From the human T2T-CHM13v2.0 reference genome, Homo sapiens: 64,000 nt of DNA. A model generated the notes under the pieces. The model searched no databases. It worked only from the letters and a program-made list of their open reading frames with translations, and was not told where the DNA came from. The stretch lies in assembly GCF_009914755.1 (NCBI RefSeq), contig NC_060929.1; one strand, 5' to 3'. Positions 1 to 18,456 of the stretch are shown here, one piece after another (position 1 is the first letter of the stretch; each line of letters begins with the position of its first letter). The translations under genes were made by a program, and so were the position numbers.

Positions 1-347
1 GCTGCTATGAGGAAATACCCCAGACTGGGTAATTTATAAAGAAAAGAGGTTTAATCAACTCAGTTCCGCATGGCTAAGAAGGCCTCAGGAAACTTACAAT
101 CATAGCAGAAGGCACCTCTTCACAGGGCAGCAGGAGAGAGAATGAGTGCCAGCAGGAGAAACGCCAGACGCTTATAAAACTATCCCATCAGATCTTGTGA
201 GAACTCACTCTCTATCACGAGAACAACATGGAGTTAACCACCCTCATGATTCAGTTACCTCCCACTGGGTCCCTCACATGACACATGGGGATTATGGGAA
301 CTATAATTCAAGATGAGATTTGGGTGGCGACACAGCCAAATCGTATC
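1..347 (-). mobile_element. MaLR LTR (MST/THE1 family), cut by window edge
   Basis: GACTGGGTAATTTATAAAGAAAAGAGG ... GAGATTTGGGTGGCGACACAGCCAAATCGTATCA matches the reverse complement of the MST/THE1 LTR. Confidence 0.85.
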
Positions 348-1023
348 AGCCGGATACTGAATTTCCCAACCATTATTGTATTGGAGTGTATCTATCCCTT
401 GAGGCCTAGTAATATTAGCTTTACTTATTTATGGGTGCTATGGTGTTGGGTGTATAAATATTTTGAATTGTCATATCCTCCTGCAGAATTGATCCCTTCA
501 CTATTATCTATTTACGTTTTTTAATTTTTATTTTTTACATAACGTCTGTTTTATCTGGCATAAGAATAGCTATTCTTACTGCTTTTGCTTTCTGTTTGTG
601 TAGCATGTTTTTCTCTACCCCTTCACTTTCAGTCGATCTGTGTGTCTAGGTATCACACAGTTGTGTCATTTAAAAAAATCTATTCAGTCAGGCTGTATCT
701 TTTAAGCGGAGCATTTGATCCATTTAGGTTCAAGGTTAACATTGATATATGACATCTTGTTACTGAAATATATTGTTATCTAGCTGTTTTGTAAATTCTT
801 TGTTTTATTTTTTCTTCTGTCTTTGTGGTTTCATGGAGTTCTATCATGGTGCCATTTGATTCCTTTCTCTTCTTCGTGTAATTGTTTTATGAGACTTATT
901 AATTTTATACTTTCATGTGTTTTTATGATGGCAAATATCAACCTTTTGTTTCCATGTCTGGGACTCCTTTGAGCCTCTACTATAGTATTAGTCCAGTGGT
1001 GATGAATTCTCTTAGTGTTTGCT

Positions 1024-2027
1024 TGTAGGGTCCAGCCCCACGGGGTTGGTGGGTTTTTCTCCCCATGTGTGGAGACGAGAGATTGCAGAAATAAAGACAC
1101 AAGACAAAGAGATAAAAGAAAAGATAGCTGGGCCCGGGGGACCACTACCACCAAGATGCGGAGACCAGTAGTGGCCCCGAATGCCTGGCTGCACTGTTAT
1201 TTATTGGATACAAAGTAAAAGGGGCAGGGTAAAGAGTTTGAGTCACCTCCAGTGACTGATAAGGTCACGTGAGTCACATGTCCACTGGACAGGGGGCCCT
1301 TCCCTGTTAGGTAGCCGAGGCGGAGAGAGAGAGGACAGCTTACGTCATCATTTCTTCTATGCTCTTTTCAGAAAGATCAAAGACTTTAACACTTTCACTA
1401 ATTTTGCTATTGCTATCTAGAGGGCGGAGCCAGGTGTACAGGATGGAACATGAGAGCGGACCAGGGGCGTGACCGCTGAAGCACAGCATCACAGGGAGAT
1501 GGTTAGGCCTCCAGATAACTGCGGGTGGGCCTGACATCAGTCGGGCCTTCCACAAGAGGTGGTGGAGCAGAGTCTTCTCTAAACTCCCCCAGGGAAAGGG
1601 AGACTCCCTTTCCTGGTCTGCTAAGTAGCGGGTACATTTCCTTGGCACTGACAGCTACCGCTAGACCATGGTCCGCTTGGTAATGGGCGTCTTCCCAGAC
1701 ACTGGCGTTACCGCTAGACCAAGGAGCCCTCTGGTGGCCCTGTCTGGGCGTGACAGAGGGCTCACACTCTTGTCTTCTGGTCACTTCTCACCATGCCCCT
1801 TCAGCTACTATCTCTGTATGGCCTGGTTTTTCCTAGGTTATAATTGTAGAGTAAGGATTACTATAATATTGGAATAAAGAGTAATTGCTACAAACTAATG
1901 ATTAATGATATTCATATATAATCATATCTATGATTTACATCTAGTATAATTCTTGTTATTTTATAATATTGGAATAGCTCGTGCCCTCGGTCTCTTGCCT
2001 CGGCACCTGGGTGGCTTGTTGCCCACA
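1024..2027 (-). mobile_element. Solo LTR13 (ERVK family), 1004 bp
   Basis: Minus strand starts TGTGGGCAACAAGCCACCCAGGTGCCGAGGCAAGAGACCGAGGGCACGAGC and ends ...CCCTACA. TG..CA termini and a perfect 6-bp TSD TTTGCT (1018-1023, 2028-2033). Confidence 0.9.
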
Positions 2028-2260
2028 TTTGCTTGTCTGAGAAAGACCCGTTTTCTCCTTCACTTACGAAGTTTATTCTAGCTGGATGAAAATTTTTCTC
2101 CTTTTAGCACTTTGAAAATAGCATCCCATTCTCTTCTGGCTTGTGTAGTGTATCTTTCCCTATCTGCTGAGAAAGTCTGTTGTTTGTCTGATGGAGCTTC
2201 CCTTATAGATGACTAGGTGCTTTTCTCTTGTTGATTTTAGAATTTTTTCCTTCACACTGA

Positions 2261-2334
2261 CTTTAAGCAATCTGATGACTATATGTCATGGTGAAGTCTT
2301 TAAGCAATCTGATGACTATATGTCATGGTGAAGT
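2261..2334. repeat. Perfect 37-bp tandem duplication
   Basis: CTTTAAGCAATCTGATGACTATATGTCATGGTGAAGT occurs twice, head to tail. Confidence 0.95.
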
Positions 2335-2634
2335 CCTTTTGCAATGTATTTGCCTGTTAATCTTTCTGCCTCTTGTATCTGAATGACTAGATGTCTTGCT
2401 AAACGAGTTAAGTTGTTTTCATCAATTATTTCCTTAAGTAAGTTTTCTAAACTCCTTGCTGTTTTCTTCTTCCTCTGAAACACCAATGATTCAGTTTAGT
2501 TGCTTTATATAGTCCATGCTTCTTGGAGGCCTTGTTCTTTTGAAGTTTTTCTTTTCTGTATTTCTGTGCGACCAGATTCATCCAAAACACTTGTCGTCAA
2601 GTTGTGGGATGTTTTTCTTCCACTTGATCTAGAT

Positions 2635-3449
<815 letters not shown>

Positions 3450-3716
3450 CTAAATCATTGTTAAAGCTTTCAAATGTATCTTGCAATTCCTTCAATGAGT
3501 ATTTCATTTCCAGGAGTTGTCTGTTTTTAAAATAAAAAACTTATCTTACTTGACATTTTGAGGATTTAAGGATCCATTGTTGGAGAATTACTGTGTTTTT
3601 TTGGGGGGGTGTCATATTATCTTTTTCATACTTCCTATAGTATTATATTGACTTCTTCACATCTGCACAAATAGTTGCTTGTCCTTATTTTTAAATTTTA
3701 GTTGAAGTGGGATTAT

Positions 3717-5495
<1,779 letters not shown>

Positions 5496-8141
5496 CTGGA
5501 GTGGACTTTTTTTAATCCTGAGGATGTTACTATGATGTAATTTGAGTAGGATTGTTTGACTTTGCTTCTGAGTGTGTTCAGTAGCAAATATTCTAGGATT
5601 TCCTTGGATATAAACAGCCTTAGTGTGGTGGCTTTCTCAAATGCTGGTTACAGTAGTGGTGTATCGGGTGGGTGAGCTGGCTCATAACCTCCTGAGAAGC
5701 TGGGGTGGCATGAGCAATGGTGGTAAAAGAAGTCATGAGAAGCTTTTCTTATTCCCAAGTGCTGTGCACTTATGTAAGCAGATGTTGTAATGGGCTGTGT
5801 GGGTCAACCTCCAGGCCAGCAGGTGGTAGTTGCAGGTCACAGCTGGCTACAGTTCTAACAGTAGGGTTTACGACTTATCTTTGTTAACCAAGAGAAGTAC
5901 TTAAGTGTCCCACGCAATGGGTTGGGCCAGGGAAAGCTCAGTGGTTTGGGTCTTACACTCAGCCTTGGGGGAGGGGAGGGGACTGGTGGGGAGAGGTGAA
6001 GCTGGGTAGAGCTGGACTGGGCAAGACAGCCATTTGGTCCCCCAGTAGCAGGCAGAAGCACTGGCTCTGACAGGGATCTAGGGACAGTTGCCAAACCCTG
6101 TAGAAATGCCTAGGCAAAGATGAGAGCAACTGACATTGCATCAATGTCCCAGCACAGGAAGGCAAGGGCAAACCCATTGTTAAAACCAGGCAAACAGTAT
6201 GGGACCTGCCTCTCTCTCTCTCTCCAGAACCATCAGGACTCATTTCCTCATCCCAACCACAGGAATCAGACAGACCATATATCTGCCTTCAGCCTGCAAA
6301 TTTGCTATTGGGTCCAAAACCACACCTCTCAGGCAAATCTCCTGCTCCAGTCCCATGATGGGGGTGCAGGGGTCCAATTCTAGTGCCCAAAGCTGGAGGC
6401 CCAAGCTGTACTCATTTATCATTTCTGGCTGTGTGGGCCCCTTTCCTACCAAAGACCCAGTGTTCCAATCCTGGCATGAGACTTTATAATGCTAACAGAT
6501 GCTGCTTCTGCTGCTGCTGCTAGGCCACAGGATTCCCACACAGTTTGCTATGAGCTAGGACTGAGACTGGAGTCCTCTTATCAGCCACCAGGTCTGGGAA
6601 AATGCATGGGATGCATCCCAGGTTGTTCCTTCTCAATGTCTCTCAGCTACTCCCTAAGTAAGATCCAGGGCTTGGGAAGCTCAAGGTGCTCTCCTGTGGC
6701 CTGGATTGCACACTTCCCCAGTGGGAAGATGGACTGCAGAGGAACACTGACTCCCCATCTCCTGTATTGGGGATTTTCTGTTTTTAGCCAGACTCTGCCA
6801 GGAGGGCTGTCTCCCAAATTTCTCTTTCCCAGTGTCTGAAATGTTCTGTTCAATTCCTGTATTCCTTCTTGGATAAAAGTTAATGATGTGACTATCTGCA
6901 CACTATTTTGCTTTTTCCAAGTGGGTTAGGCATGCTGGAAAAGCCTCTAATCTGCTGTCTTTGGGGGAAAAACCCATACAAAGATTGTGTTTTCTATTTC
7001 TGTGAATAATATCACTGGCATTTTGATAGGGATTACATTCAATCTGCAGGTCACTTCTGATAGTACTGTCATTTTCACAATATTAATTATTCCTATCCAT
7101 GAACATGGGATGTCTGTTTTTGTTTCCTCTTCAATTTCTGTCATCAGTGTTTTAGTTTTCCTTGCAGACGTTTCACCTCTTTGACTAAATTTATTCCTAT
7201 GTATTTTATTCTTTTTTGGTGGCTATTGTAAATAAGATGGACTTCTTGATTTATTTTTCAGTGAGTTAATTGTTGGTGTATATACACAGAACTGATTTCT
7301 GTATGTTAATTTTGTATTCTGCAACTTTACTTATCAGTCCTAAAAGGACTTCCAGTAATAACATGTTAAATAGAAGTGGTGAAAGTGGGCATCCTGTGTT
7401 TTTCCACATCTTAGTGGAAACGTTTTCAGCTTTTCCACGTTCAGTATGATGTTGGTTGTGGGTAAGTCATATATGGCCTTTATTGTGTTGAAGTATGTTC
7501 TTTCTATACCTAACTTGTTAAGAGTTCATATCATGAAGCCACTTATCAAATGCTTTTTCTGCATCTACTGGCATTACCACATGGTTTTTGTTCTTCATTC
7601 TGTTGATGTGATGCATCGCATTTATGGATTTGCATATGTTGAACCATTCTTGCATCCCTGGGATAAATCCCACTTTTTCATCATGAATGCTCTTTTCAAT
7701 GTGTTGCTGGATTCAGTTTGCTAGTATTTCGTTGGGGATTTAAAAATTTATGTTCATCAAGGATACTTGTCTATATTTTTCTTTATTTTGTTGTATCCTC
7801 ATGTGGTATTGCTATTAGGGTAATGCTGGCCTTGTGGATTGAGTTCAGAAGAGTTCCCTTCTCTTCAGTTTTCTGGAGGAGTATGAGAAGAATTGGTATT
7901 AGCTCTTCTTTAAATGTTTGGCAGAATTCTGCAGTGAAGGAATCAAGTGCTGGACTTTTCTTTAATGGGAGACTTTTAATTACAGATTCACTTTAATTAC
8001 TCATAACTGGTCTGTTTGATCAGGTTTTCTATTTCCTCTTGAATCTATGTTGGTATATGTGTCTGGGAAAATTTACTAGTGGTTGTCAATTTTATTTTTT
8101 CAAATCTTTTTATTTCACTGATCATTTGTATTGTTTTTTAG

Positions 8142-8775
<634 letters not shown>

Positions 8776-8802
8776 TTTAGTCTTGATTTCACTTATTCCT
8801 GA

Positions 8803-9146
<344 letters not shown>

Positions 9147-9861
9147 TGTTTTTGCTTTTATAGTTCCTTGAGATGCTTCATTAGATTGTTTATTGCAAAT
9201 CTCTATTGTTTTGATGTAGGTGTTAATTGCTATGAACTTCCTTCTTCAAACTGCTTTTGCTGTATCCCATAGGTTTTGGTATTTTCTTTTCATTTTACTG
9301 AAGAAATTTTAAAGTCTCCTTCCTAATTTACTCATTGACCCACTGGTTGTTTAGGAGCACGTTTGTAAATTTCCATGTATTTGTACAATTCCAAAAGTTT
9401 CTATTGTTACTGATTTCTATCTTTATTTCATTTGTGGTCAGAAAAGATCCTTTGTATGATTTTAATTTTTAAAAAGTTCTTAAAACTAAGAAACGCCATC
9501 TCACTATATTGCCCAGGCTGGTCTTGAACTCTTGGACTCATGAGATCCTTTCTGCCTCACCTTCCCAAGTAGCTGGGACTACATGCAAGCAAAACTGTGC
9601 CTAGCTGATATCAAATCTTGTTTTGTGGCTTAACATGTGGCCAATCTTGAAGAATATTCTACTGGTGATGAAAACAATGTGTGTTTTGCAGCTGTTGGAT
9701 GAAATATATTGTAAATGTGTTACTTCCATTTGGTCTAAAGTGCAGTTTAAACCCAATGTTTCTTTATTTTCTGTCTAGATGATCTGTCTAATGCTAAGAG
9801 TGGGGTGTTGAATTCCCCAACTATTACTGTATTAGAGTTTATCTCTCTCTTTAGATCTAGT

Positions 9862-9867
<6 letters not shown>

Positions 9868-9892
<25 letters not shown>
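9868..9892. repeat. (TA)n microsatellite
   Basis: Visible TA run. Confidence 0.9.
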
Positions 9893-9893
<1 letters not shown>

Positions 9894-10014
9894 TTTTATA
9901 TATCTGAGTGCTCCAGTGTTGGGTGTATATATATTTACAATGATTATATCCTCTTGCTGAACTGATCTCTTTATCATTATATTATGATCTTCTTTGTCTT
10001 TTATTTTTCAATAT

Positions 10015-10328
10015 TTTATTTTATTTTGTTATTATTTTTTCTTTTTTTGAGATGGAATATCGCTTTGTCACCCAGGCTGGAGTGCAGTGGTGTGATCTCA
10101 ACTCACTGCAGCCTCTGCCTTGCAGGTTCAAGCGATTCTCTGCCTCAGACTCCCGAGTAGCTGGGATTACAGGTGTGTATCACCATGCCGGGCTGATTTT
10201 TGTATTTTTAGTAGAGACAGGGTTTCACCATGTTGGCCAGGCTGGTCTCAAACTCCTGGCCTCAAGTGATCACCTGCCTCGGCCTCCCGAAGTGCTGGGA
10301 TTACAAGCGTGAGCCACCACGCCTGGCC
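10015..10328 (-). mobile_element. AluS
   Basis: Full Alu consensus match. Confidence 0.9.
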
Positions 10329-10447
10329 TGTTTTATCTGATACAAGTACAGCCACTCCTGCTTAGTTTTTATTTCCCTTTGCATGGAATATCTTTTTTGC
10401 ACCCCTTCATTTTTAGCCTATATGTGCCTTTAGAAGTGAAGTGAGTT

Positions 10448-10810
<363 letters not shown>

Positions 10811-13800
10811 TCACCAGTTTATGTCTTTTAAGTGGTGAAATTTAATCTGCTTACATTCAAGGTTATTACTGGTAGGTGAGGACTTATTCCTATCAATTTT
10901 TAATTGCCTCTGGTTGTTTTATATATCCTTTGTTATTTTTGTTCTCTCCTATTGTTTATCATTAAGGTTTGGCGGTTTACTGTAGTGCTAAGATTTGATT
11001 CCCTTCTCTTTCTCCTTTGTGTATCTGCTCTCTACCAGTGACTTTCATACTCCTGCATGTTTTCCTGGTAGTGAATACTGTCTTTTCAAAATGTAAAACT
11101 CTCTCAAGATGTATAACTTTCTCAATTTTTGTCTAGGAAAGACTATTTCACCCCCATTTCTGAAGGATGGCTTTGATGGACACAGTATTCTTTCTTGGCT
11201 GGCAATTTTCTGCTTTAAGCACTTTAATTCTATCATTCCATTCTCTCCTAGGCTGTAAGATTTCTCTGGAAAAATCTGTTTTTAGTCTAATAGGGATTCT
11301 CTTATGTGACTTGATGCTGTTCTCTTGCTGTTTTGTGAACTCTTTCACTCTCGACAATTTGACTGTAATGTGACACGGGGAGGATGTTTTCAGATTTACT
11401 CTTATTTAGGAACCACTGGGCTACCTGGATCTGTTGTCCATATATCTCCGTAGACTTGGGAAGTTTTCAGATTTTATCACATAGATTTTTTAATGCCTTT
11501 CCCCTTCTCTCCTTCTGGAACACCCATAATACAAATATTTGTTTGCCTAATGTTCCATAAGTTTTGTAGGCGTTCTTCATTATTTTTCATTCTTATTTCT
11601 TTTTTTTTGTCTCTGACTTGTTAATTTCAAATAACCTATCTTCAAGTTGAGAGATTCTTTCTTACATATGATCAAGTTTGCTGCTGAAATTCTCCACTGT
11701 ATGTTTTTTCATTCATTGAATTCTTCAGCTGCAGGATTTGATTCTTACTTCTCTTTTATTCAATTTCCTGTTTATATTGTGAACTGTTTCCCCAACTCTA
11801 TTGATTGTCTACACGTTTTCTTGTATCTCTCTGAGTTTCCATACGATCATAATTTTGAATTCCTTTTCTGGCAATTCATTAAGTTTTTTCCCATTGGAGT
11901 GTGTTACTAGGGAATTACGTTCCTTTGATGGTGTCCTACTTCCTTATTTCATGTTTCTCACGTCCCTGTGTTGATGTCTGTGCATCTGGTGGAACAATCA
12001 CTTCTTTCAAATTTTCTAGAGTGGCTCTCCTGGACAAAGATTTTCGCCTACAGTTTAATCTTAGTGTGCCAGTTGGGAAGGGTGTGGTGACTATTTCTGG
12101 ATAGGTGCAGTGGTACAGTCTCTGTGCAGTTTCAGCTGAATTCAACATCAGCAATAACCATGGGTGCCTCAGTGGTATAAGCTGTGGATGTCTGCTGCAG
12201 TGGTGTAGGCTGTTATCCTTTCAAAGGCCTTTGGGGACCTACTATTCTTGCTTTCCCCACAATGAGGAGACTTAGCCAAAGTGATCCCTCTTGGTGTGAG
12301 GTCTGATGTTACCCACAAGCAGCTGCAGCAGCACTGGATTCCAGGAGCAGGTGCTCAGAATGACAATGGGACCATGTCCTAGGCTCAGAGTCTCACAAAT
12401 GTATTTGTGGCACCTGTGGCAAAGTGGGATATGTTACCCACATGGTCAGGATCTGTGACTGTCAGGTACCCACTGGTAGCTTGGACCTAAGAGTCTACTT
12501 TGTAGCTGTGATTCTATCCCTGGGAATTAGGGCATAACACTGGCCTGACTAGGTAGAAGGGGCATTCTGGAAGTTTGGGTCAAGGGTCTGGCTGCAATTC
12601 AGGAACATGAGTCAGCAGGGCTCAGTGGCAACTTAGGTCCCATGGAATGAAGCACCATACAGTATTGACTATAGACCCTGGGATGGCAGGGCTCAGCAGT
12701 ATCTTAGATCTGTGAAGTCCAGTGCAATGACAGCAAGTATCCTAGCTTAGGGGAGCAGAGCTGTTGTGTGGACCCAGCATGGGAGGGGAGGATAGCACAG
12801 TGATAATTCCACTCTCCAAGAGGAAGGTTATCTAAGCAGCTGAGCTTCTTGAAGACTAGTACAGGTTCAAGCAAGCAGGGTACTAGAGTTCTACGGCCTG
12901 TAAGGGCAAGGTGTCTCAGCTCAGTCACCGCTCTATTTCTCTGGGACATGGTGTACTATATCAGCTCATCCCTGGCATGCACAACTGCTCAGTCTGGCCA
13001 AGGCACCAACTCCCCAAAGGATAATGTGCTGCTTCAGCTCAGGCCCAGGGAGCATACTCTTTTGGGTGGGCCAGGCACCATTTCCCTGTGATGCTGGGAG
13101 CTGCTTCAGCTTAGGTACTGGGATGTGTGATCACTCTGGATGGCCAATGCACCACTTCCTGGGAGGCGTGGCGCTGCTTCAACTGAGACACTGGGGAGGC
13201 ATGATTGCTCTGAGTGTTCAAGGTACTGTTTTCCCAAAAGGCAGGATACTGCTTCAGCTCCAGTCCAAAGCAGCTGGGGGAAGAACAGGTGGAGCAGCTC
13301 CATCTCTGCTGGCCCCCGAGGAACAGAGCCAACAGTTGCTCCCAGCTCAGCCTGGAGATGTGGGGCCACTGTGCTGGGGTGGTTTGGTGGCAGCTTAGCC
13401 TTAGGGACAAAGGGGAGCCATGACTACTCACCCCTGGAGCAAGACACACTTCAGTCACAGCTCCAATTCCAAGATGGTATAGCACAGCAGCTGTGTGGGC
13501 CACAGGGATTGAGGCACAGTGTCAGCTCCTTCTCTGTGGGGTGCATAGCCGGGTGGACTCAGCTGGGCTTAGTGCCTGTGAGGACTGGTGGGAACCCTGG
13601 TGGTGAGGTCTGTAGGTATCCACAGTGTTGAAGGGGCTGCTGGGATCCTCTCACTTACCTCCTCACCACAGTGAGCTCTTCCTGGTTCCCAGCTGATCCT
13701 GGTTAGAGGATGGGACAGTGGAGGCCCAGTGTTTCCTTCCCATCTCTATGTGGCTATCTCAAACGTCTGTGCTCTCCAGAGCTTCTGTCATTCCTCGGAT

Positions 13801-14834
13801 GCACCCCTGTACTCTCCCTCTGTTATTTTCATTAAGTTGTTTATTTATTGTTCAGGCTTTTTTTGCAAGGAGGACAAGTTCTAAGGATTTCTAATGGGTC
13901 ATTTTCCTAAGGTAACTCAGATCTGGGTTGTTATTATTATTATTATTAAGGAATTTGAGGAGATTTTACAAGAATCTCATTGCTTCCATTCTGTTCAGAT
14001 CAGAATTCTACCAAAGAGTTCTGAACAGAAAAGTTCCTGATGCTATTTGAGGCTTGGAGAATTAAAATCTTGCCTCCACAGGATGTCCAGGTAGGGTCTC
14101 TAATATTTCAGAGACAAGAAGGGCCTGAATTAGGCAAGCAGCAGTAGGTAAAGAAAGAAGAGCGCAAAGTCAAGAAAGATTTAGCAGGTAAAACCGACAG
14201 AACCTCATGACTGACATGGAGGCACGAAGAGGGGGGTTTGAGGAGAGGTGCCCCCAGACTTCTGGCTCGGTGATGAGCCGTGTGAGAGCGCCTGCCATCA
14301 CACTGCATTATGGAATAGCCAAAAGCAGAGAGCAGGTGCTGGTGGAAGCAGTCCAGTCTTCAGCAAGCTGACGTGAATGCATGTAGGTTATCTAATCAGA
14401 GACCTACAAATATTTAGGTAGATCATATTTTCCACCTCTGAACTTTGAACACCTCTTATAGCACAAGGACAAAATATCTCTTCTCTGTGTTAGGTATTAA
14501 TGTCAATACCTTCACTGTAATTTTTCTTTGGACTTGGCTTCAGTATTACTACCTTCTTCTGAATTATCCTTTGAGTTTTTAATCAGTCCTTTAACATTTC
14601 CCATCACTTTGCGACAGGTAAACCTGTGACAGGTATAAGTGTCTATGTATGTGTGTACAATTTGATCTCTTCCTGGAATCTGTCTAAAAGCCACTATTTT
14701 TTTAAAATTTTTCATTCTAAGTCTATTTGCATCCGGCTAACTCTCAAGTACCTACGATGAGGTACAAAATTCTTCCATGAAGATCACTTTTTATTAAAGT
14801 CTCTTACCTTCACCTAAACACCATGCCATTAAGT

Positions 14835-15225
14835 CACTGTTTTTCAAGGTGTGGTCCATGGGGCAGATGCATTAAATCTACCTTGAATGCTTAGTAATAT
14901 ATAATAATAAAATCTATACTAACTAAGGTTTATTCGGTACATACCATGTGCTAGGTACTGTTCTAAGCCCTTCACAAGTACTGACTCGTGTTATCGTCAC
15001 AATCATTTTATGAGAAAAGAACTATAATATCCCATTTTACAGAAGAGGAGATTGAGGCAGAGATTAAATAATTTGCCCACATCAAAGGCTAGTAAGTAGG
15101 CCCTATCCAGACTTGCTGAATTAAGGGGAGGAACGATCTTGGAAATTTGCAATTTTAAAAAGTGCTCCAGCCCCTAAAAGGAGCTCTCACATGATTCTTT
15201 TGTATACTAAAGTTTGAGACTCACT
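14835..15225. mobile_element. MER5-like DNA transposon fragments flanking a MIR (about 14900-15097)
   Basis: TTTTTCAAGGTGTGGTCC... and ...TAAAGTTTGAGACTCACT (MER5 ends) surround the MIR core CCCATTTTACAGAAGAGGAGATTGAGGC. Confidence 0.6.
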
Positions 15226-16153
15226 AAATGAAGTACAAACCCTGGTTTCAAAGCATTTTCCCGTAATACGCTACCCACTCACTGATATTCTCCGTACTTC
15301 ACACTGTGCCCTATTCCTTTAATAATAAAACTCCTCAAATTTACACCTCATCACACACAGAATGTTAGAAATGACAAAACCACAGAAAGGCATCATTTTA
15401 CAAAGGAGAAAAACCAAGCCCCAGAAAGAGATGAGGAGATCTGTCTGAAGTTACTAAAAGTATTCGGACTAGGACCATAGATCTCCTTTCCACTTCAGTT
15501 CTTCCTCCACTATAAAATGCTGAAAAGACTTTCTATAGCATACAGCTTGAGGGGTTTGTTAGGGGCCAGATTATCTTATCTCATCTGGTCAAAGCTGCAA
15601 CAATAAACACCATTCTATATTTGAAAGCAAAGTGACAAAATGTTTGAATTGGCAGAAAACAAGTTAAAACAATTCTTACGGCTTAATCTAATAGGAATAG
15701 TTGGTTCAAAGCCAAATGGTTCAGAGTATATTGAGGATAGGTCACTTTGATGAAATTCATCTCAGGTTTTGCCATTCGGCAATCAGAACTCTCTCACAGA
15801 ATTAGAGTAAGTCTGTATCTGCACAGAGTAGGGTTTTCTTTTTGTAAACACTGGTGAAATCTAGGTATAAAATCTTTCCCCAATGCAAAGTGCCTTGTAG
15901 TCTGCACCCTCCTTCATTCATTCACCACCATTTTTTCCCATTTTTTTTTCTCAAAAGAAGCCTCTGTTAACTCTTTTGCAAGACACCATCTGCCTGTGCC
16001 CAGATCACTCCTCTCCTCTCTACATAACCTTATTTTATTAATATCATCTTCCTTTGCTCTTCAATATTTCCTCTTTTCATAGCTCCTTCTCCCTAAGTCT
16101 CTCGCACCAGAAAAGAATTGTATATCACTCCACTGCTAAAAAACCGTACTGAT

Positions 16154-16465
16154 GGCCCGGCGTGGTGGCTCGTGCCTGTAATCCCAGCACTTTGGGAGGC
16201 CGAGGCGGGTGGATCACCTATGGTCAGGAGTTTGAAACCAGCCTGGCCAACATGGCGAAACCCCGTCTCTACTAAAAATACAAAAATTAGTCGGGCCTGG
16301 TGGTGGGCACCTGTAATTCCAGCTACTCAGGAGGCTGAGGCAGGAGAATGGTCTGAACCTGGGAGGCGGAGCTTGCAGTGAGCTGTTAATCGAGCCACTG
16401 TACTCCAGCCTGGGCGACAGAACAAGCCTCTGTCTCAGAAAAACAACAACAACAACACCAACAGA
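16154..16465 (+). mobile_element. AluS with (AAC)n tail
   Basis: Full Alu consensus match. Confidence 0.9.
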
Positions 16466-18092
16466 AACCATATTGATTATAGAATAAAGCCTAACTTTCT
16501 TATGTGATTCATGCCCTTCATAGTCTAGTGACAATTTATTCATCTAATATCAGCTCAACACTCACAAGTCTCCTGCCCACTATTCCTGATGTTTCAGTCA
16601 TTCAACTCTTTCATCTCTCTGTGGAAAATGATCCATTTGCCTGACTCTCCTTCATCTCCATCTGATGAAGTCTTAATTCATCCTTTAAAATTCAGCTCCA
16701 AGGTCACAACCTACCTTCTCTGTGAAGTGTCCTTGACTCCCTGAGAGTAATATCACTCTGCCCCCAAAGAATAACTCCTATACCACACAGTATTTTGACT
16801 GCATCTGTCATTGCAACAGAAGGTAAGCTCATTCTTGAATTCATTGAAATATTTACTGAGGCAGTGTGATGTGCCAGGCCCCATGCTAAACCCCAAGGAT
16901 ATAGAAATGAATTATCTTGCAAACACTATGATCTTAAGAGCATATTTTGTGCTTTAAAAAAATCAGATCTTAAGCCCCTGACATGTAATATTTAGAAGGT
17001 ATATAATACAGTCTCTGTATATGAAAAGTGTTATTTATTTACAAAATGGCAGGACATGAAAAACAAGGTATCAGAGTATTTGCAGTATTTTTTTAAAACT
17101 GGTAAGATAATAACTTCTCAGCTCAAACATCTATTTCCCCTTTCCAGTTCTTCTGGAATTGTTAATCCTTAAGAAACATAATGAACAAAATTCACTCTGC
17201 CATCTAAAATGACAAAAGAAGTCTGTTTTGGGGCCATATAATCCTTTTCTGTAGGACAAATCTTGGCAGTATATACAATACTTCCTCTCTTCCAATGTGG
17301 AAGAAAAAAAAAAACCTTTTGAACCCACCAGTTTTCAAAGATTAACTGTACTCATGCAAAGTTTTAACCTTTCTCTGACACAGGAATGTTCCATATATTT
17401 CCACATTCTGACAGGCAAATGCATTCTCCAATTAGCTACTGACCTTTCATGATGAAAATGGGCAATAAGAGTGTATTTCATTTCAGCAACCCTGAGATAC
17501 TTATAAAGTCAAAGAATATTATATACACATGTTATGGCAAGAAGCTTTTACAAATTTTAAATACCTTAAAAAGCACATGCATTTTCACTGGGAAGTTTTA
17601 AGAATACATTCTAAATATTCAGGAGTCCATTAAGTGGCAGAATATTTTACATCTGCCCCGTTCCTAAACAGTAAAATGAAAATTTCATTGTTCTGCTTTA
17701 GAAATTAAATTTGACCACTTTGAAATTAAAGGTGCAATATTAACCATGTAACTGTTAAACATTTTACATTTTTCAGAAAATCCTTAAGCATTTATTCAAA
17801 ATAAAGGTAACAAACATCTACCGTTTTGTGTAAAATAACTATCAGTGACTTAATTTGACAGCGACATTTAAGTTTACCATCAGTGGTAGTTTGAACTATC
17901 TACACCTATAGATAGTAATTAGATACATTCTGACAGTTTTCCAGGAAGAGCAAACCACAGACACTTAGTCATGAACTGAAAAGCCAAAGCATTAGATTCT
18001 TATATCACATGCAAAATGTTCTCAATTGTGAGCATTTTACTATGCTTAGAAAGTTATTTACAATATATGGATCTCTTTGGTAGCATGTTCTA

Positions 18093-18456
<364 letters not shown>

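Noticed and set aside
12704-13631. Multiple overlapping ORFs up to 163 aa
   Set aside because: GC-richer old L1 5'UTR; no coherent protein.
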